NCBI RefSeq assembly: GCF_058153355.1
Contig: NZ_CM177019.1
Strand: one strand, 5' to 3'
Length of the DNA: 64,000 nucleotides
The notes under the pieces are model-generated. The model had not been told where the DNA came from, ran no database searches, and was given only the letters and a program-made list of their open reading frames with translations. Every line of letters begins with the position of its first letter. The stretch's first letter is position 1. The position numbers and the translations under genes are program-made. Shown piece by piece: positions 32,678 through 42,690 of this stretch.

Positions 32678-33664
32678 TCAGGAGAAAACTTCGATACCGT
32701 GCTTGCGCATGGAGGCCAGTCGATAGCGCAGGGCGCGCGGGGTAATGCCTAACAGGTCGGCGATTTTGCTGCGGTTGCCCTGATATTTGCGCATCAGGTC
32801 GGCGATATATTGATACTGCGCGCTTCGTCCGTGCTGGCCTAAATCGCCGGTTTCGGCAATGTGGACGGCGGGCTGAACAGGCCATTGCAGTTCACTGTGG
32901 TCAGCAATATCGGTGTCCGGCAGGCCTAATGCATCCGGGTAAATTACGCCGTCGCGATTTAAAATCATTCCCCGCTGAATGGCGTTTTCCAGTTGGCGCA
33001 CGTTACCGGGCCAGCGGTAATTAAGCAGCGCGCGGCGGGTAGATTCGGACAGGGTGATATTTTTCACCAGTACCGTGGAGTATTTTTTAATAAATGACTC
33101 TGCCAGCGGAATAATATCGTTCAGGCGTTCACGCAGTGGCGGCATGGTAATAGGGATAACCGCCAGACGATAATAGAGATCTTCACGAAAACGTCCGGCG
33201 GCAACTTCCTGATCCAGTTTTTTATTGGTGCAGGCAATCAGGCGAAAATTGAGTTTGATTTGTCGGTTGCTGCCTAATCGCTCAACCTGTTGTTCCTGCA
33301 AAACGCGTAATATTTTGGCCTGTAGCGCCAGCGGCATTTCACCAATTTCATCGAGTAATAAGGTGCCGTTATTTGCCAGTTCCATTTTTCCTGGCACGCT
33401 GGCAATTGCGCCGGTAAATGCACCTTTGTCGTAGCCAAATAACGTCGATTCCAGCATATTTTCCGGGATCGCCGCGCAGTTCACGCCGATATAGGGCGCG
33501 TTATCATTTTCACCAAAGGCTACGGTGTGAATATATTTCGCCACGCACTCTTTCCCCGCGCCGGTTTCGCCCTGAATCAGGACCGGCACGTTAAAGGCGG
33601 CGACACGCTTTGCCAGAGTAAAAGCGTTTATGCTGGAGGCGGCAGATGCAATAAGTTCAGACAT
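32678..33664 (-). CDS. lafK: Sigma-54-dependent transcriptional activator with AAA+ and HTH domains only, no N-terminal receiver
   Basis: 328-aa ORF; Walker A GETGAGKE near the N-terminus, GAFTGA-like region, C-terminal Fis-type HTH. Confidence 0.8.
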   Translation of the reverse strand: MSELIASAASSINAFTLAKRVAAFNVPVLIQGETGAGKECVAKYIHTVAFGENDNAPYIGVNCAAIPENMLESTLFGYDKGAFTGAIASVPGKMELANNGTLLLDEIGEMPLALQAKILRVLQEQQVERLGSNRQIKLNFRLIACTNKKLDQEVAAGRFREDLYYRLAVIPITMPPLRERLNDIIPLAESFIKKYSTVLVKNITLSESTRRALLNYRWPGNVRQLENAIQRGMILNRDGVIYPDALGLPDTDIADHSELQWPVQPAVHIAETGDLGQHGRSAQYQYIADLMRKYQGNRSKIADLLGITPRALRYRLASMRKHGIEVFS

Positions 33665-33788
33665 AGGGTGAACAATATAAGTAGCGACAATAATCAGGAT
33701 GTTCTGAAGCGTATCACCGGCGGGATTAACAAGTTTGAATTAAACGATAATAAAAATATTATTTGTTTACAAACAACGAGTTATCCAT

Positions 33789-33872
<84 letters not shown>

Positions 33873-34050
33873 GGGCGTGCAATGTTTTATGACGATGCCT
33901 GATATATCATCCTTTAATAATTTAATTATTTTTTCACCCTATTAATAATTTGCCTGCTTCACGCCCCCTCTATTTAATAACCCACCTTGTGTCACTGCCG
34001 GAATTGCGTGCACAAAAACGCCCATACCATTACAGCAGAGAAAGTAAGCC

Positions 34051-34902
34051 ATGCTGAAGTACAGTAAAACGCCAGGCATCTTTAAATTAGAAGGTAATCG
34101 GCTCGGACGCCCCTACCATCGCCTGCCGACCCTGTTTACGGGGAATTTTGACGTGATTGATTCGCATCTCGGCAGCTACTTTCTCAAAAAGCATCGCAGC
34201 AATATCACCTTAAAAAAGATTGGCTGCGAGATGGATATTATCAATAAAAACGCCGAGTTGATGGTTTCCCAGGTCGGGCATCTGGCGTTTGATATTGATC
34301 GCTCCTTGCTGTTAATGCTGCTGGGCAATTTTTATGGTCTGGAGTCTTCTCTTGAAGAGGCGAAAGCGCATAACGGCCTGCCGACCAAAACCGAAACACG
34401 ATTAAAGAACCGACTCGCGCTGGATATCTGCACGCTGATATTTAATCTGCAAACCTCCGGTATTGCGCTGAAATTAAAGCTGGACAGCAGCACGGTAATT
34501 ACCCACTGGGCGTATCAATTAACCTTTACCCTCGCGGGCGATGAAGAGAGCCGTTTTCGTATTTTGCTCGACGATGCCCACACCGATTTTATTTTAAATC
34601 TGATCCGCCACAGTGAGCACAGTAAACCGCAGCAGGTGGCGAAATCCGTCAACAAGCCGGCACTGATTAAAGAGATCATCCGCTCTCTGCCGTTGACCCT
34701 GAACGTCAAAATCGCCGAGCTGTCGATGAATGTTGCCGATCTGGCGCAGATAAAAGCCGGAGATATTTTACCCATCTCGCTGGGAGAAACATTCCCGGTG
34801 GCGATTGGGCAATCTGAATTATTTAGCGCCCTGATAGTGGAAGACAAAGACAAACTGTTTTTGTCGGAGCTGGCGGGCAAAAATGAGAATAGCCATGAGT
34901 AA
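34051..34902 (+). CDS. lfiM: FliM-like switch protein (short form)
   Basis: 283-aa ORF with FliM-like sequence upstream of the FliN-like gene. Confidence 0.7.
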   Translation: MLKYSKTPGIFKLEGNRLGRPYHRLPTLFTGNFDVIDSHLGSYFLKKHRSNITLKKIGCEMDIINKNAELMVSQVGHLAFDIDRSLLLMLLGNFYGLESSLEEAKAHNGLPTKTETRLKNRLALDICTLIFNLQTSGIALKLKLDSSTVITHWAYQLTFTLAGDEESRFRILLDDAHTDFILNLIRHSEHSKPQQVAKSVNKPALIKEIIRSLPLTLNVKIAELSMNVADLAQIKAGDILPISLGETFPVAIGQSELFSALIVEDKDKLFLSELAGKNENSHE

Positions 34903-35266
34903 GCAAGAAGATATTTTAGCCGGGGATTTTGGCCTCACCGATGACGTTGCGCCTGTCACGAAATCCGCCGACGCCGACACGCTGGTCACTCGCCTGGAAG
35001 ACCGCTTTTCCGACTCGATGACGCTGCTGAAACGCATTCCGGTGACCTTAACGCTGGAAGTGTCGTCGGTGGAAATCATGTTAGCCGACCTGCTGAACAT
35101 CGACGACGACACGGTGATTGAACTGGATAAGCTCGCCGGGGAGCCGCTGGATATTAAAGTGAACAATATCCTGCTGGGCAAAGCGGAAGTGGTGGTGGTC
35201 AACGAGAAGTACGGCCTGCGCGTGCTGGAATTTAACACCCGCGATATCAACGACCTGGCACCATGA
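34883..35266 (+). CDS. lfiN: FliN-like switch protein
   Basis: 127-aa ORF with SpoA/FliN C-terminal domain. Confidence 0.8.
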   Translation: MRIAMSKQEDILAGDFGLTDDVAPVTKSADADTLVTRLEDRFSDSMTLLKRIPVTLTLEVSSVEIMLADLLNIDDDTVIELDKLAGEPLDIKVNNILLGKAEVVVVNEKYGLRVLEFNTRDINDLAP

Positions 35267-36015
35267 AACGCCGCACTCAACTGACGCTGGGCCTGGCTCT
35301 GCTGGCGCTCGCGCCGCTGGCATTAGCCCAGGGCGGCGATATTGCGCTGCTTAATGTGGTCACTCACGGCAACACTCAGGAGTACAGCGTCAAAATTCAG
35401 GTACTGATTCTGATGACCCTCGTCGGTTTGTTGCCGACGATGGTGCTGATGATGACCTGCTTTACGCGCTTTATTATCGTGCTTTCACTACTGCGTCAGG
35501 CGCTGGGGCTGCAACAAACGCCGCCAAACCGTATTCTGATTGGCATTGCGCTCTCCCTCACCCTGCTGGTGATGCGCCCCATCTGGCTCAATATTTACGA
35601 CCACGCGGTAGTACCGTTTGAAAACGATCAGATTACCCTGACCGATGCGTTAAGCACCGCCGCGACGCCGCTGAAACGCTTTATGCTGGCGCAGACCGAC
35701 AAAAAAGCGATGGCGCAAATCATGACCATCGGCGGCGCAAAGGGCAATGCCGCCGACCAGGATCTCTCCATCGTGGTGCCCGCCTATGTGCTGAGCGAGC
35801 TGAAAACCGCTTTCCAGATTGGCTTTATGATTTACATCCCGTTTCTGGTTATCGACCTGATTGTCGCCAGCGTATTGATGGCGATGGGGATGATGATGCT
35901 GTCGCCGCTGATCGTTTCGCTGCCCTTTAAGCTGATGCTGTTTGTGCTGATCGACGGCTGGTCGTTGACCATCGGCACGCTCACCACCAGCATTCGCGGA
36001 CTGGGGCTGGGCTGA
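35263..36015 (+). CDS. lfiP: FliP export apparatus protein
   Basis: 250-aa multi-TM ORF with FliP-like sequence. Confidence 0.9.
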   Translation: MKRRTQLTLGLALLALAPLALAQGGDIALLNVVTHGNTQEYSVKIQVLILMTLVGLLPTMVLMMTCFTRFIIVLSLLRQALGLQQTPPNRILIGIALSLTLLVMRPIWLNIYDHAVVPFENDQITLTDALSTAATPLKRFMLAQTDKKAMAQIMTIGGAKGNAADQDLSIVVPAYVLSELKTAFQIGFMIYIPFLVIDLIVASVLMAMGMMMLSPLIVSLPFKLMLFVLIDGWSLTIGTLTTSIRGLGLG

Positions 36016-36017
36016 TT

Positions 36018-36290
36018 ATGCTGACCGTTGACGTAGCCGCCGACATTGTCGCCAGCGGCATAAAAGTGGTGATTTTACTGGTTTCGGTACTGGTGGTGCC
36101 AAGCCTGCTCGTTGGCCTGCTGGTGAGCGTGTTCCAGGCGGTGACGCAGATTAACGAACAGACCCTGAGCTTTTTGCCGAGGCTGATTGTCACGCTGGTG
36201 GTGCTGGGGATATGCGGCAAATGGATGATTATCCAGTTGCATGACCTGTGCATTCACCTGTTTAGCCAGGCCGCGTTGCTGGTGCATTAA
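36018..36290 (+). CDS. lfiQ: FliQ export apparatus protein
   Basis: 90-aa two-TM ORF. Confidence 0.85.
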   Translation: MLTVDVAADIVASGIKVVILLVSVLVVPSLLVGLLVSVFQAVTQINEQTLSFLPRLIVTLVVLGICGKWMIIQLHDLCIHLFSQAALLVH

Positions 36291-36291
36291 G

Positions 36292-37074
36292 ATGCGCACA
36301 AGCGACGTTACGCAACTGACGGATCTGGCGCTGGGGCTGTGGTTTCCCTTCGTGCGCATTATGGCGTTTCTGCGCTATGTGCCGGTGCTGGATAACAGCG
36401 CCCTGACCATGCGCGTGCGGATTATTTTGTCGCTGGCACTGGCAATCATCATCACGCCGTTGATCCCCCATCCCATTCCCCATGATTTGCTCTCGCTCAA
36501 CAGCCTAATCCTGACGGTGGAGCAAATCTTATGGGGCATGTTATTCGGGCTGATGTTTCAGTTTCTGTTTCTGGCGCTGCAACTTGCCGGGCAAATTCTC
36601 TCGTTCAATATGGGGATGAGCATGGCGGTGATGAACGACCCGAGCAGCGGCACATCGACCACCGTGCTGGCGGAGCTTATCAACGTCTACGCGATCCTGC
36701 TGTTTTTTGCCATGGACGGGCATCTGTTGCTGGTGAGCGTGTTGTATAAGGGCTTCACCTACTGGCCGATTGGCAACGCGCTGCATCCGCAAACCCTGCG
36801 CACCATCGCGCTGGCCTTTAGCTGGGTGCTGGCGTCCGCATCGCTGCTGGCGCTGCCGACCACTTTTATCATGCTGATTGTGCAGGGCTGCTTTGGCCTG
36901 CTCAACCGCATTGCGCCGCCGCTGAACCTTTTTTCGCTCGGCTTTCCCATCAACATGCTGGCGGGGCTGGTCTGCTTTGCCACCCTGCTCTACAACCTGC
37001 CGGATCACTATCTGCATCTGGCGAATTTTGTGTTGCAGCAGCTCGACGCGCTGAAAGGTCACTATGGCGGATAG
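36292..37074 (+). CDS. lfiR: FliR export apparatus protein
   Basis: Multi-TM ORF; start chosen at MRTSDVTQL (the track ORF begins at 36241). Confidence 0.8.
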   Translation: MRTSDVTQLTDLALGLWFPFVRIMAFLRYVPVLDNSALTMRVRIILSLALAIIITPLIPHPIPHDLLSLNSLILTVEQILWGMLFGLMFQFLFLALQLAGQILSFNMGMSMAVMNDPSSGTSTTVLAELINVYAILLFFAMDGHLLLVSVLYKGFTYWPIGNALHPQTLRTIALAFSWVLASASLLALPTTFIMLIVQGCFGLLNRIAPPLNLFSLGFPINMLAGLVCFATLLYNLPDHYLHLANFVLQQLDALKGHYGG

Positions 37075-38203
37075 CAGCAGCGAAGAAAAAACAGAGAAAC
37101 CCTCGGCGCAAAAGCTGCGTAAAGCGCGTGAAGAGGGACAACTGCCGCGCTCAAAGGATATGGGGCTGGCGGCGAGCCTGTTTGCGGCGTTTGTGGTGAT
37201 CTCCAGCAGTTTCCCGTGGTATGCCGATTTTGTGCGCGAGAGTTTTATCAGCGTGCATCAGTACGCGCAGGAGATTAATAACCCGGACGTTATCGGCCAG
37301 TTTCTGCGCCATCACCTGTTAATTCTCGGCAAGTTTATTCTCACGTTGCTGCCGATGCCCGCCGCCGCGCTGCTCTCTTCGCTGGTGCCCGGTGGCTGGC
37401 TGTTTCTGCCGAAAAAGATCCTCCCGGATTTCAGCAAAATCAGCCCGTTAAAAGGCATTGGTCGGCTGTTTTCCAGTGAACATCTGGCGGAAACAGGCAA
37501 GATGACGGCGAAGTCGGTGGTGGTGCTGGTGATGCTGTGGATTAGCCTGCGCAATAACTTTTCTGCCTTTCTCGGCCTGCAGGCGCTGCCGTTCAAACTG
37601 GCGATGAATGAAGGTTTATCGCTCTACGCCAGCGTGATGCGCAACTTTGTCATCCTGTTTATTTTCTTCGCGCTGATCGACGTGCCGCTGGCGAAAGCCC
37701 TGTTCACCAAAGGGCTGAAGATGACTAAGCAGGAGCTGAAAGAAGAGTACAAAAATCAGGAGGGCAAGCCTGAAGTGAAGGCGCGTGTGCGGCGGCTGCA
37801 ACGGCAGCTGGCGATGGGGCAAATCCGCAAAGTGGTGCCGAAAGCCAACGTGGTGATCACCAACCCGACCCACTACGCCGTAGCGTTGCAGTATGACCAG
37901 TCGCGCGCCGCTGCGCCGTTTGTGGTGGCGAAAGGCACCGATGAAATCGCCCTCTATATTCGCCAGGTCGCCACTGAGAATCAGGTGGAAGTGGTCGAGT
38001 TCCCGCGGCTGGCGCGCTCGGTTTACTACACCACCCAGGTGAATCAGCAAATTCCGTTTCAGCTTTACCGGGCCATCGCCCACGTTCTGACCTACGTCCT
38101 GCAAATGAAACACTGGCGCGACGGCGCACAGCCGCGCCCGGCTCTGAACAGACATATTTCCATTCCCAAAGAGGTGCTTAAACTGGATGGCGAAAACAAC
38201 TAA
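37064..38203 (+). CDS. lfhB: FlhB export apparatus switch protein
   Basis: 379-aa ORF with NPTH autocleavage motif (NPTHYAVAL). Confidence 0.9.
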   Translation: MADSSSEEKTEKPSAQKLRKAREEGQLPRSKDMGLAASLFAAFVVISSSFPWYADFVRESFISVHQYAQEINNPDVIGQFLRHHLLILGKFILTLLPMPAAALLSSLVPGGWLFLPKKILPDFSKISPLKGIGRLFSSEHLAETGKMTAKSVVVLVMLWISLRNNFSAFLGLQALPFKLAMNEGLSLYASVMRNFVILFIFFALIDVPLAKALFTKGLKMTKQELKEEYKNQEGKPEVKARVRRLQRQLAMGQIRKVVPKANVVITNPTHYAVALQYDQSRAAAPFVVAKGTDEIALYIRQVATENQVEVVEFPRLARSVYYTTQVNQQIPFQLYRAIAHVLTYVLQMKHWRDGAQPRPALNRHISIPKEVLKLDGENN

Positions 38204-40280
38204 ATCGTTCCTCGCGCTACTGCGCGGCGGCAATCTCGGCGTGCCGCTGGTGATCTTGTGTATTCTGGCGATGGTTATTTTGCCGCTGCCGCCTGCGCTG
38301 CTGGATATTCTGTTCACCTTCAACATTGTGCTGGCGGTGATGGTGCTGCTGGTGGCGGTGTCGGCGAAACGTCCGCTGGAATTCAGCCTGTTCCCGACTA
38401 TTTTGCTGATCACCACCTTAATGCGACTGACGCTTAACGTTGCTTCTACGCGCGTGGTGCTGCTGCACGGGCATCTCGGCGCGGGCGCAGCGGGTAAGGT
38501 GATTGAGTCGTTTGGTCAGGTGGTGATTGGCGGCAACTTTGTTGTCGGTTTCGTGGTGTTTATCATCCTGATGATCATCAACTTTATTGTCGTCACCAAA
38601 GGGGCCGAGCGTATCTCCGAGGTTTCTGCCCGCTTTACCCTGGACGCGATGCCCGGCAAGCAGATGGCGATTGACGCCGACCTTAACGCCGGATTGATCA
38701 ATCAGGCGCAGGCGCAGACCCGGCGTAAAGATGTTGCCAGCGAGGCCGATTTCTACGGCGCGATGGACGGGGCATCAAAATTTGTGCGCGGGGATGCCAT
38801 CGCCGGGATGATGATTCTGGCGATCAACCTGATCGGCGGCGTCTGTATCGGGATCTTCAAATACAATCTGAGCGCCGATGCCGCCTTCCAGCAGTATGTG
38901 CTGATGACCATCGGTGACGGCCTGGTGGCGCAGATCCCTTCCCTGCTGCTCTCCACCGCGGCGGCGATTATCGTCACCCGCGTCAGCGACAACGGCGATA
39001 TCGCCCATGATGTGCGCCACCAGCTGCTGGCAAGCCCGTCGGTGCTCTACACCGCCACCGGGATTATGTTCGTGCTGGCAGTGGTGCCAGGAATGCCGCA
39101 CTTCCCGTTCCTGATGTTCAGCGCCCTGCTTGGCTATACCGGCTGGAGGATGAGCAAACAACCGCAGGCGGCGGAGGCGGAAGAGAAAAGCCTCGAAACG
39201 CTGACCCGCACAATCACTGAAACCAGCGAGCAACAGGTCAGTTGGGAAACCATTCCGCTGATCGAGCCCATCAGTTTAAGCCTCGGTTACAAGCTGGTGG
39301 CGCTGGTGGACAAAGCGCAGGGTAACCCGCTCACCCAGCGGATTCGCGGCGTGCGGCAGGTGATTTCCGACGGCAACGGCGTGCTGCTGCCGGAGATCCG
39401 CATTCGCGAAAACTTCCGCCTCAAGCCCAGTCAGTACGCCATTTTCATCAACGGCATTAAGGCTGATGAAGCGGATATTCCGGCGGATAAACTGATGGCC
39501 CTGCCCTCCAGCGAAACCTACGGCGAGATTGACGGCGTGCTGGGGAACGACCCGGCGTACGGGATGCCGGTGACCTGGATTCAGCCCGCGCAGAAGGCGA
39601 AGGCGCTGAATATGGGGTATCAGGTGATCGACAGTGCCAGCGTAATTGCCACACATGTGAATAAGATTGTGCGCAGCTATATTCCTGATTTGTTTAACTA
39701 TGACGATATTACTCAGCTGCATAACCGTTTGTCGTCGATGGCACCGCGCCTGGCAGAGGATTTGAGTGCGGCGCTGAATTACAGCCAGTTGCTGAAAGTG
39801 TACCGGGCGCTGCTGACCGAAGGCGTTTCCCTGCGCGATATCGTCACCATCGCCACCGTGCTGGTCGCCAGTAGCACCGTCACCAAAGATCATATTCTGC
39901 TGGCGGCCGATGTGCGCCTGGCACTGCGGCGCAGCATTACCCATCCGTTCGTTCGCAAGCAGGAGCTGACGGTGTATACGCTGAATAATGAGCTGGAAAA
40001 CCTGCTGACCAACGTGGTGAATCAGGCGCAACAGGGTGGCAAAGTGATGCTCGATAGCGTGCCGGTGGACCCGAATATGCTCAACCAGTTCCAGAGCACG
40101 ATGCCGCAGGTGAAGGAGCAGATGAAAGCCGCAGGTAAAGACCCGGTGCTGCTGGTGCCGCCGCAGCTGCGCCCTTTGCTGGCGCGCTACGCAAGGTTGT
40201 TTGCGCCGGGGCTGCATGTGCTGTCGTATAACGAAGTGCCGTATGAGCTGGAGTTGAAGATTATGGGGGCGTTGAGTTGA
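38187..40280 (+). CDS. lfhA: FlhA export gate protein (full length)
   Basis: 697-aa ORF with FlhA-like TM and cytoplasmic domains; intact, unlike the K-12 remnant. Confidence 0.9.
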   Translation: MAKTTKSFLALLRGGNLGVPLVILCILAMVILPLPPALLDILFTFNIVLAVMVLLVAVSAKRPLEFSLFPTILLITTLMRLTLNVASTRVVLLHGHLGAGAAGKVIESFGQVVIGGNFVVGFVVFIILMIINFIVVTKGAERISEVSARFTLDAMPGKQMAIDADLNAGLINQAQAQTRRKDVASEADFYGAMDGASKFVRGDAIAGMMILAINLIGGVCIGIFKYNLSADAAFQQYVLMTIGDGLVAQIPSLLLSTAAAIIVTRVSDNGDIAHDVRHQLLASPSVLYTATGIMFVLAVVPGMPHFPFLMFSALLGYTGWRMSKQPQAAEAEEKSLETLTRTITETSEQQVSWETIPLIEPISLSLGYKLVALVDKAQGNPLTQRIRGVRQVISDGNGVLLPEIRIRENFRLKPSQYAIFINGIKADEADIPADKLMALPSSETYGEIDGVLGNDPAYGMPVTWIQPAQKAKALNMGYQVIDSASVIATHVNKIVRSYIPDLFNYDDITQLHNRLSSMAPRLAEDLSAALNYSQLLKVYRALLTEGVSLRDIVTIATVLVASSTVTKDHILLAADVRLALRRSITHPFVRKQELTVYTLNNELENLLTNVVNQAQQGGKVMLDSVPVDPNMLNQFQSTMPQVKEQMKAAGKDPVLLVPPQLRPLLARYARLFAPGLHVLSYNEVPYELELKIMGALS

Positions 40281-40363
40281 TTGAGGATTCTTTTCCATAC
40301 TTTGCAGCACCTGACACCATTAATTGACGTCACACTGCAAAGAGACTACGATGACACCATACA

Positions 40364-40663
40364 ATGACGTCATGGATTGATAGTATGATTAAGGTCAGCG
40401 CGCTAGGCTCTCGTCATAGAAAAACATTCGACGATGTAATGACGGAGCCGCCAAAATCTGGAATTAAATGGGATGATGTTGTTGCTCTCATTAAAGCGGT
40501 GGGTGGATCAATAAAAAATAACAACGGCTCCAGACGAAAATTTCAGATTGGAACGACCAAATTCAGCACACATGAGCCGCATCCAAAGAATGTGATGGAT
40601 AAAGGCGCAGTAGCAGGTCTTAAGGAGTGGTTTGTTAACTGTGTAGGGGTAGATTATGAATAA
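40364..40663 (+). CDS. Putative HicA-like toxin
   Basis: Small ORF 8 nt-overlapped with a HicB-like gene; His/Lys pattern GSRRKFQIGTTKFSTHEPHPKN; start may be internal (~40439). Confidence 0.45.
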   Translation: MTSWIDSMIKVSALGSRHRKTFDDVMTEPPKSGIKWDDVVALIKAVGGSIKNNNGSRRKFQIGTTKFSTHEPHPKNVMDKGAVAGLKEWFVNCVGVDYE

Positions 40664-41012
40664 AGCATCGAACATTATCACAATTAAAGGTCAACCAGCC
40701 GCAGTGACATTTGAAGCCGATATCAACGCATTTCGCGGCAAGTTCCTCAATGTAAACGGTTATTGTGACTTTGTAGCCACAAGTATTGAGGCATTATATC
40801 GTGAAGGCGAAAGCGCTCTGGATGAGTGGATGGCGGATTGTGAAGAGGACGGTATTGCCCCTTTTCGTGAAGAAGAAGAGCAAAAACGCCTGACGCTTCG
40901 TGTGCCGCATCACATCGATTCGCGGCTGACCATCGTCGCCAGACAACATTCCATTTCAAAAAACCAGCTCATTATTGATGTCTTAGAACGTGAGTTTTCA
41001 GCCCAGATGTAA
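40656..41012 (+). CDS. Putative HicB-like antitoxin with C-terminal ribbon-helix-helix
   Basis: 118-aa ORF; C-terminal RVPHHIDSRLTIVARQHSISKNQLI resembles an RHH DNA-binding motif. Confidence 0.55.
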   Translation: MNKASNIITIKGQPAAVTFEADINAFRGKFLNVNGYCDFVATSIEALYREGESALDEWMADCEEDGIAPFREEEEQKRLTLRVPHHIDSRLTIVARQHSISKNQLIIDVLEREFSAQM

Positions 41013-41034
41013 ACAGGTCGTCAATATTACCCAT

Positions 41035-41784
41035 TTACAAAATCGTCTCTTCCGTCAAAATCCGCCGCGCGCCTAAAAAATGATCCTGCCAGAAAGGTTC
41101 AGCTAACCGACTTACCCGAATGGTTTCCCCGGTGCGCGGCGACTCGATAAACTGACCGTCTCCCAGATACACGCCCATATGGTCGGCAATCTCGCGGCTG
41201 TGAATATGGAAAAACAGCAAATCTCCCCGGCGCAGGTCGTTATTTGCCACAATGGTTGCCCGACGGTAGTGATACATCTCATTGGCCGTGCGCGGGAGTT
41301 TCGCCTCGAGGATCTTGTTGTAGGCATAAAAAACCAACCCGCTACAGTCGAAGCCTTGATCGGATCGCGTGCCGCCCCAGACGTATGGCTTGCCAAGCTG
41401 CTGCTCCAGACGGTGAATCGCCACTTCGGTGATATTATGCAGGTGGTTACTGCTGAGGAAATGATTGTTTTCCGCCAGCGCCTGCCAGCGTCTGTCACTC
41501 GCCTTGAGCGGCGCAGGAAACCATTCTGGATGCTGTTTTATCTGTTCGCGGTTGTGTTGCCGCAGTGCCCTTCTGCTTTCGGCATTGCCTTCCACAATAT
41601 AGCTGGCCTGCTTTTTCAGATGAATTTGGTACTGTTTTAATAAACGCGCACGGTTTTGCATCCGCTGGCGGGCGGCGTAGCTGAAAGAGATATGTGATGC
41701 GGTGGCGCTGGCAAATGAAGAAAACGGCAAGCAAAGCAACAATAATCCCGACAACACAAAAGAGGGAATCGACGGCAAAGACAT
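41035..41784 (-). CDS. yafL: NlpC/P60-family lipoprotein endopeptidase YafL
   Basis: Signal peptide/lipobox and NlpC/P60 catalytic region (GFDCSGLVFYAY...H); start chosen at MSLPSIPSF. Confidence 0.85.
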   Translation of the reverse strand: MSLPSIPSFVLSGLLLLCLPFSSFASATASHISFSYAARQRMQNRARLLKQYQIHLKKQASYIVEGNAESRRALRQHNREQIKQHPEWFPAPLKASDRRWQALAENNHFLSSNHLHNITEVAIHRLEQQLGKPYVWGGTRSDQGFDCSGLVFYAYNKILEAKLPRTANEMYHYRRATIVANNDLRRGDLLFFHIHSREIADHMGVYLGDGQFIESPRTGETIRVSRLAEPFWQDHFLGARRILTEETIL

Positions 41785-41993
41785 TCTCAATAATGGCTGG
41801 TCATGCATTGATGTTGCAGTGTATCCCGGCCCGTACCTGAACAAACTTAATAAACCATTATTATAAAATTAATAAATATATTTCAGTTAATTATGTAAAA
41901 ACATCCGTTTATTAAATTACTCATGGATTGTCGTTGTTGCTCATTTGAGCTACAATTCAAGCTGAATAAATATACAGCACAGGAGATACCCCA

Positions 41994-42254
41994 ATGGCTG
42001 CTAACGCGTTTGTTCGCGCCCGAATCGATGAAGATCTGAAGAATCAGGCGGCGGACGTACTGGCCGGGATGGGGCTGACCATCTCTGACCTGGTTCGCAT
42101 AACCCTCACAAAAGTCGCGCATGAAAAGGCATTGCCGTTTGATTTACGCGAGCCTAATCAATTAACCATTCAATCAATTAAAAACAGCGAAGCTGGCGTT
42201 GATGTTCATAAGGCCAAAGACGCCGATGATTTATTTGATCAATTAGGAATTTAA
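41994..42254 (+). CDS. dinJ: DinJ antitoxin
   Basis: 86-aa ORF MAANAFVRARIDEDLKNQA... Confidence 0.9.
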   Translation: MAANAFVRARIDEDLKNQAADVLAGMGLTISDLVRITLTKVAHEKALPFDLREPNQLTIQSIKNSEAGVDVHKAKDADDLFDQLGI

Positions 42255-42256
42255 AT

Positions 42257-42535
42257 ATGATTCAAAGGGATATTGAATACTCGGGACAATTTTCAAAGGA
42301 TGTAAAACTTGCACAAAAGCGTCATAAGGATATGAATAAATTGAAATATCTTATGACGCTTCTTATCAATAATACTTTACCACTTCCAGCTGTTTATAAA
42401 GACCACCCGCTGCAAGGTTCATGGAAAGGTTATCGCGATGCTCATGTTGAACCGGACTGGATCCTGATTTACAAACTTACCGATAAACTTTTACGATTTG
42501 AGAGAACTGGAACTCACGCGGCGCTATTTGGGTAA
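42257..42535 (+). CDS. yafQ: YafQ toxin (RelE-family mRNA interferase)
   Basis: 92-aa ORF immediately after dinJ. Confidence 0.9.
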   Translation: MIQRDIEYSGQFSKDVKLAQKRHKDMNKLKYLMTLLINNTLPLPAVYKDHPLQGSWKGYRDAHVEPDWILIYKLTDKLLRFERTGTHAALFG

Positions 42536-42690
42536 AGCCCGCTTCCGATGAAATTTGTAAACCCTGCGCCGACAGGCTTGCGTAAAACTCTTTTGGTGAT
42601 AATGTGAGCCTTCCAAATCCAGACTATTCCGATTTGGGATCCATTTTGCCGTCCTGGCGTGTGTAACCGTTTTATCAAGGAATAAGCAGT

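Noticed and set aside
39276-40310. 344-aa ORF antisense to lfhA, plus other long antisense ORFs (e.g. 38775-39233, 3005-3553, 8347-8952, 16139-16816, 31457-32185)
   Set aside because: They lie entirely inside well-supported flagellar genes on the opposite strand and have low-complexity Arg/His/Gln-rich translations typical of GC-rich antisense frames.
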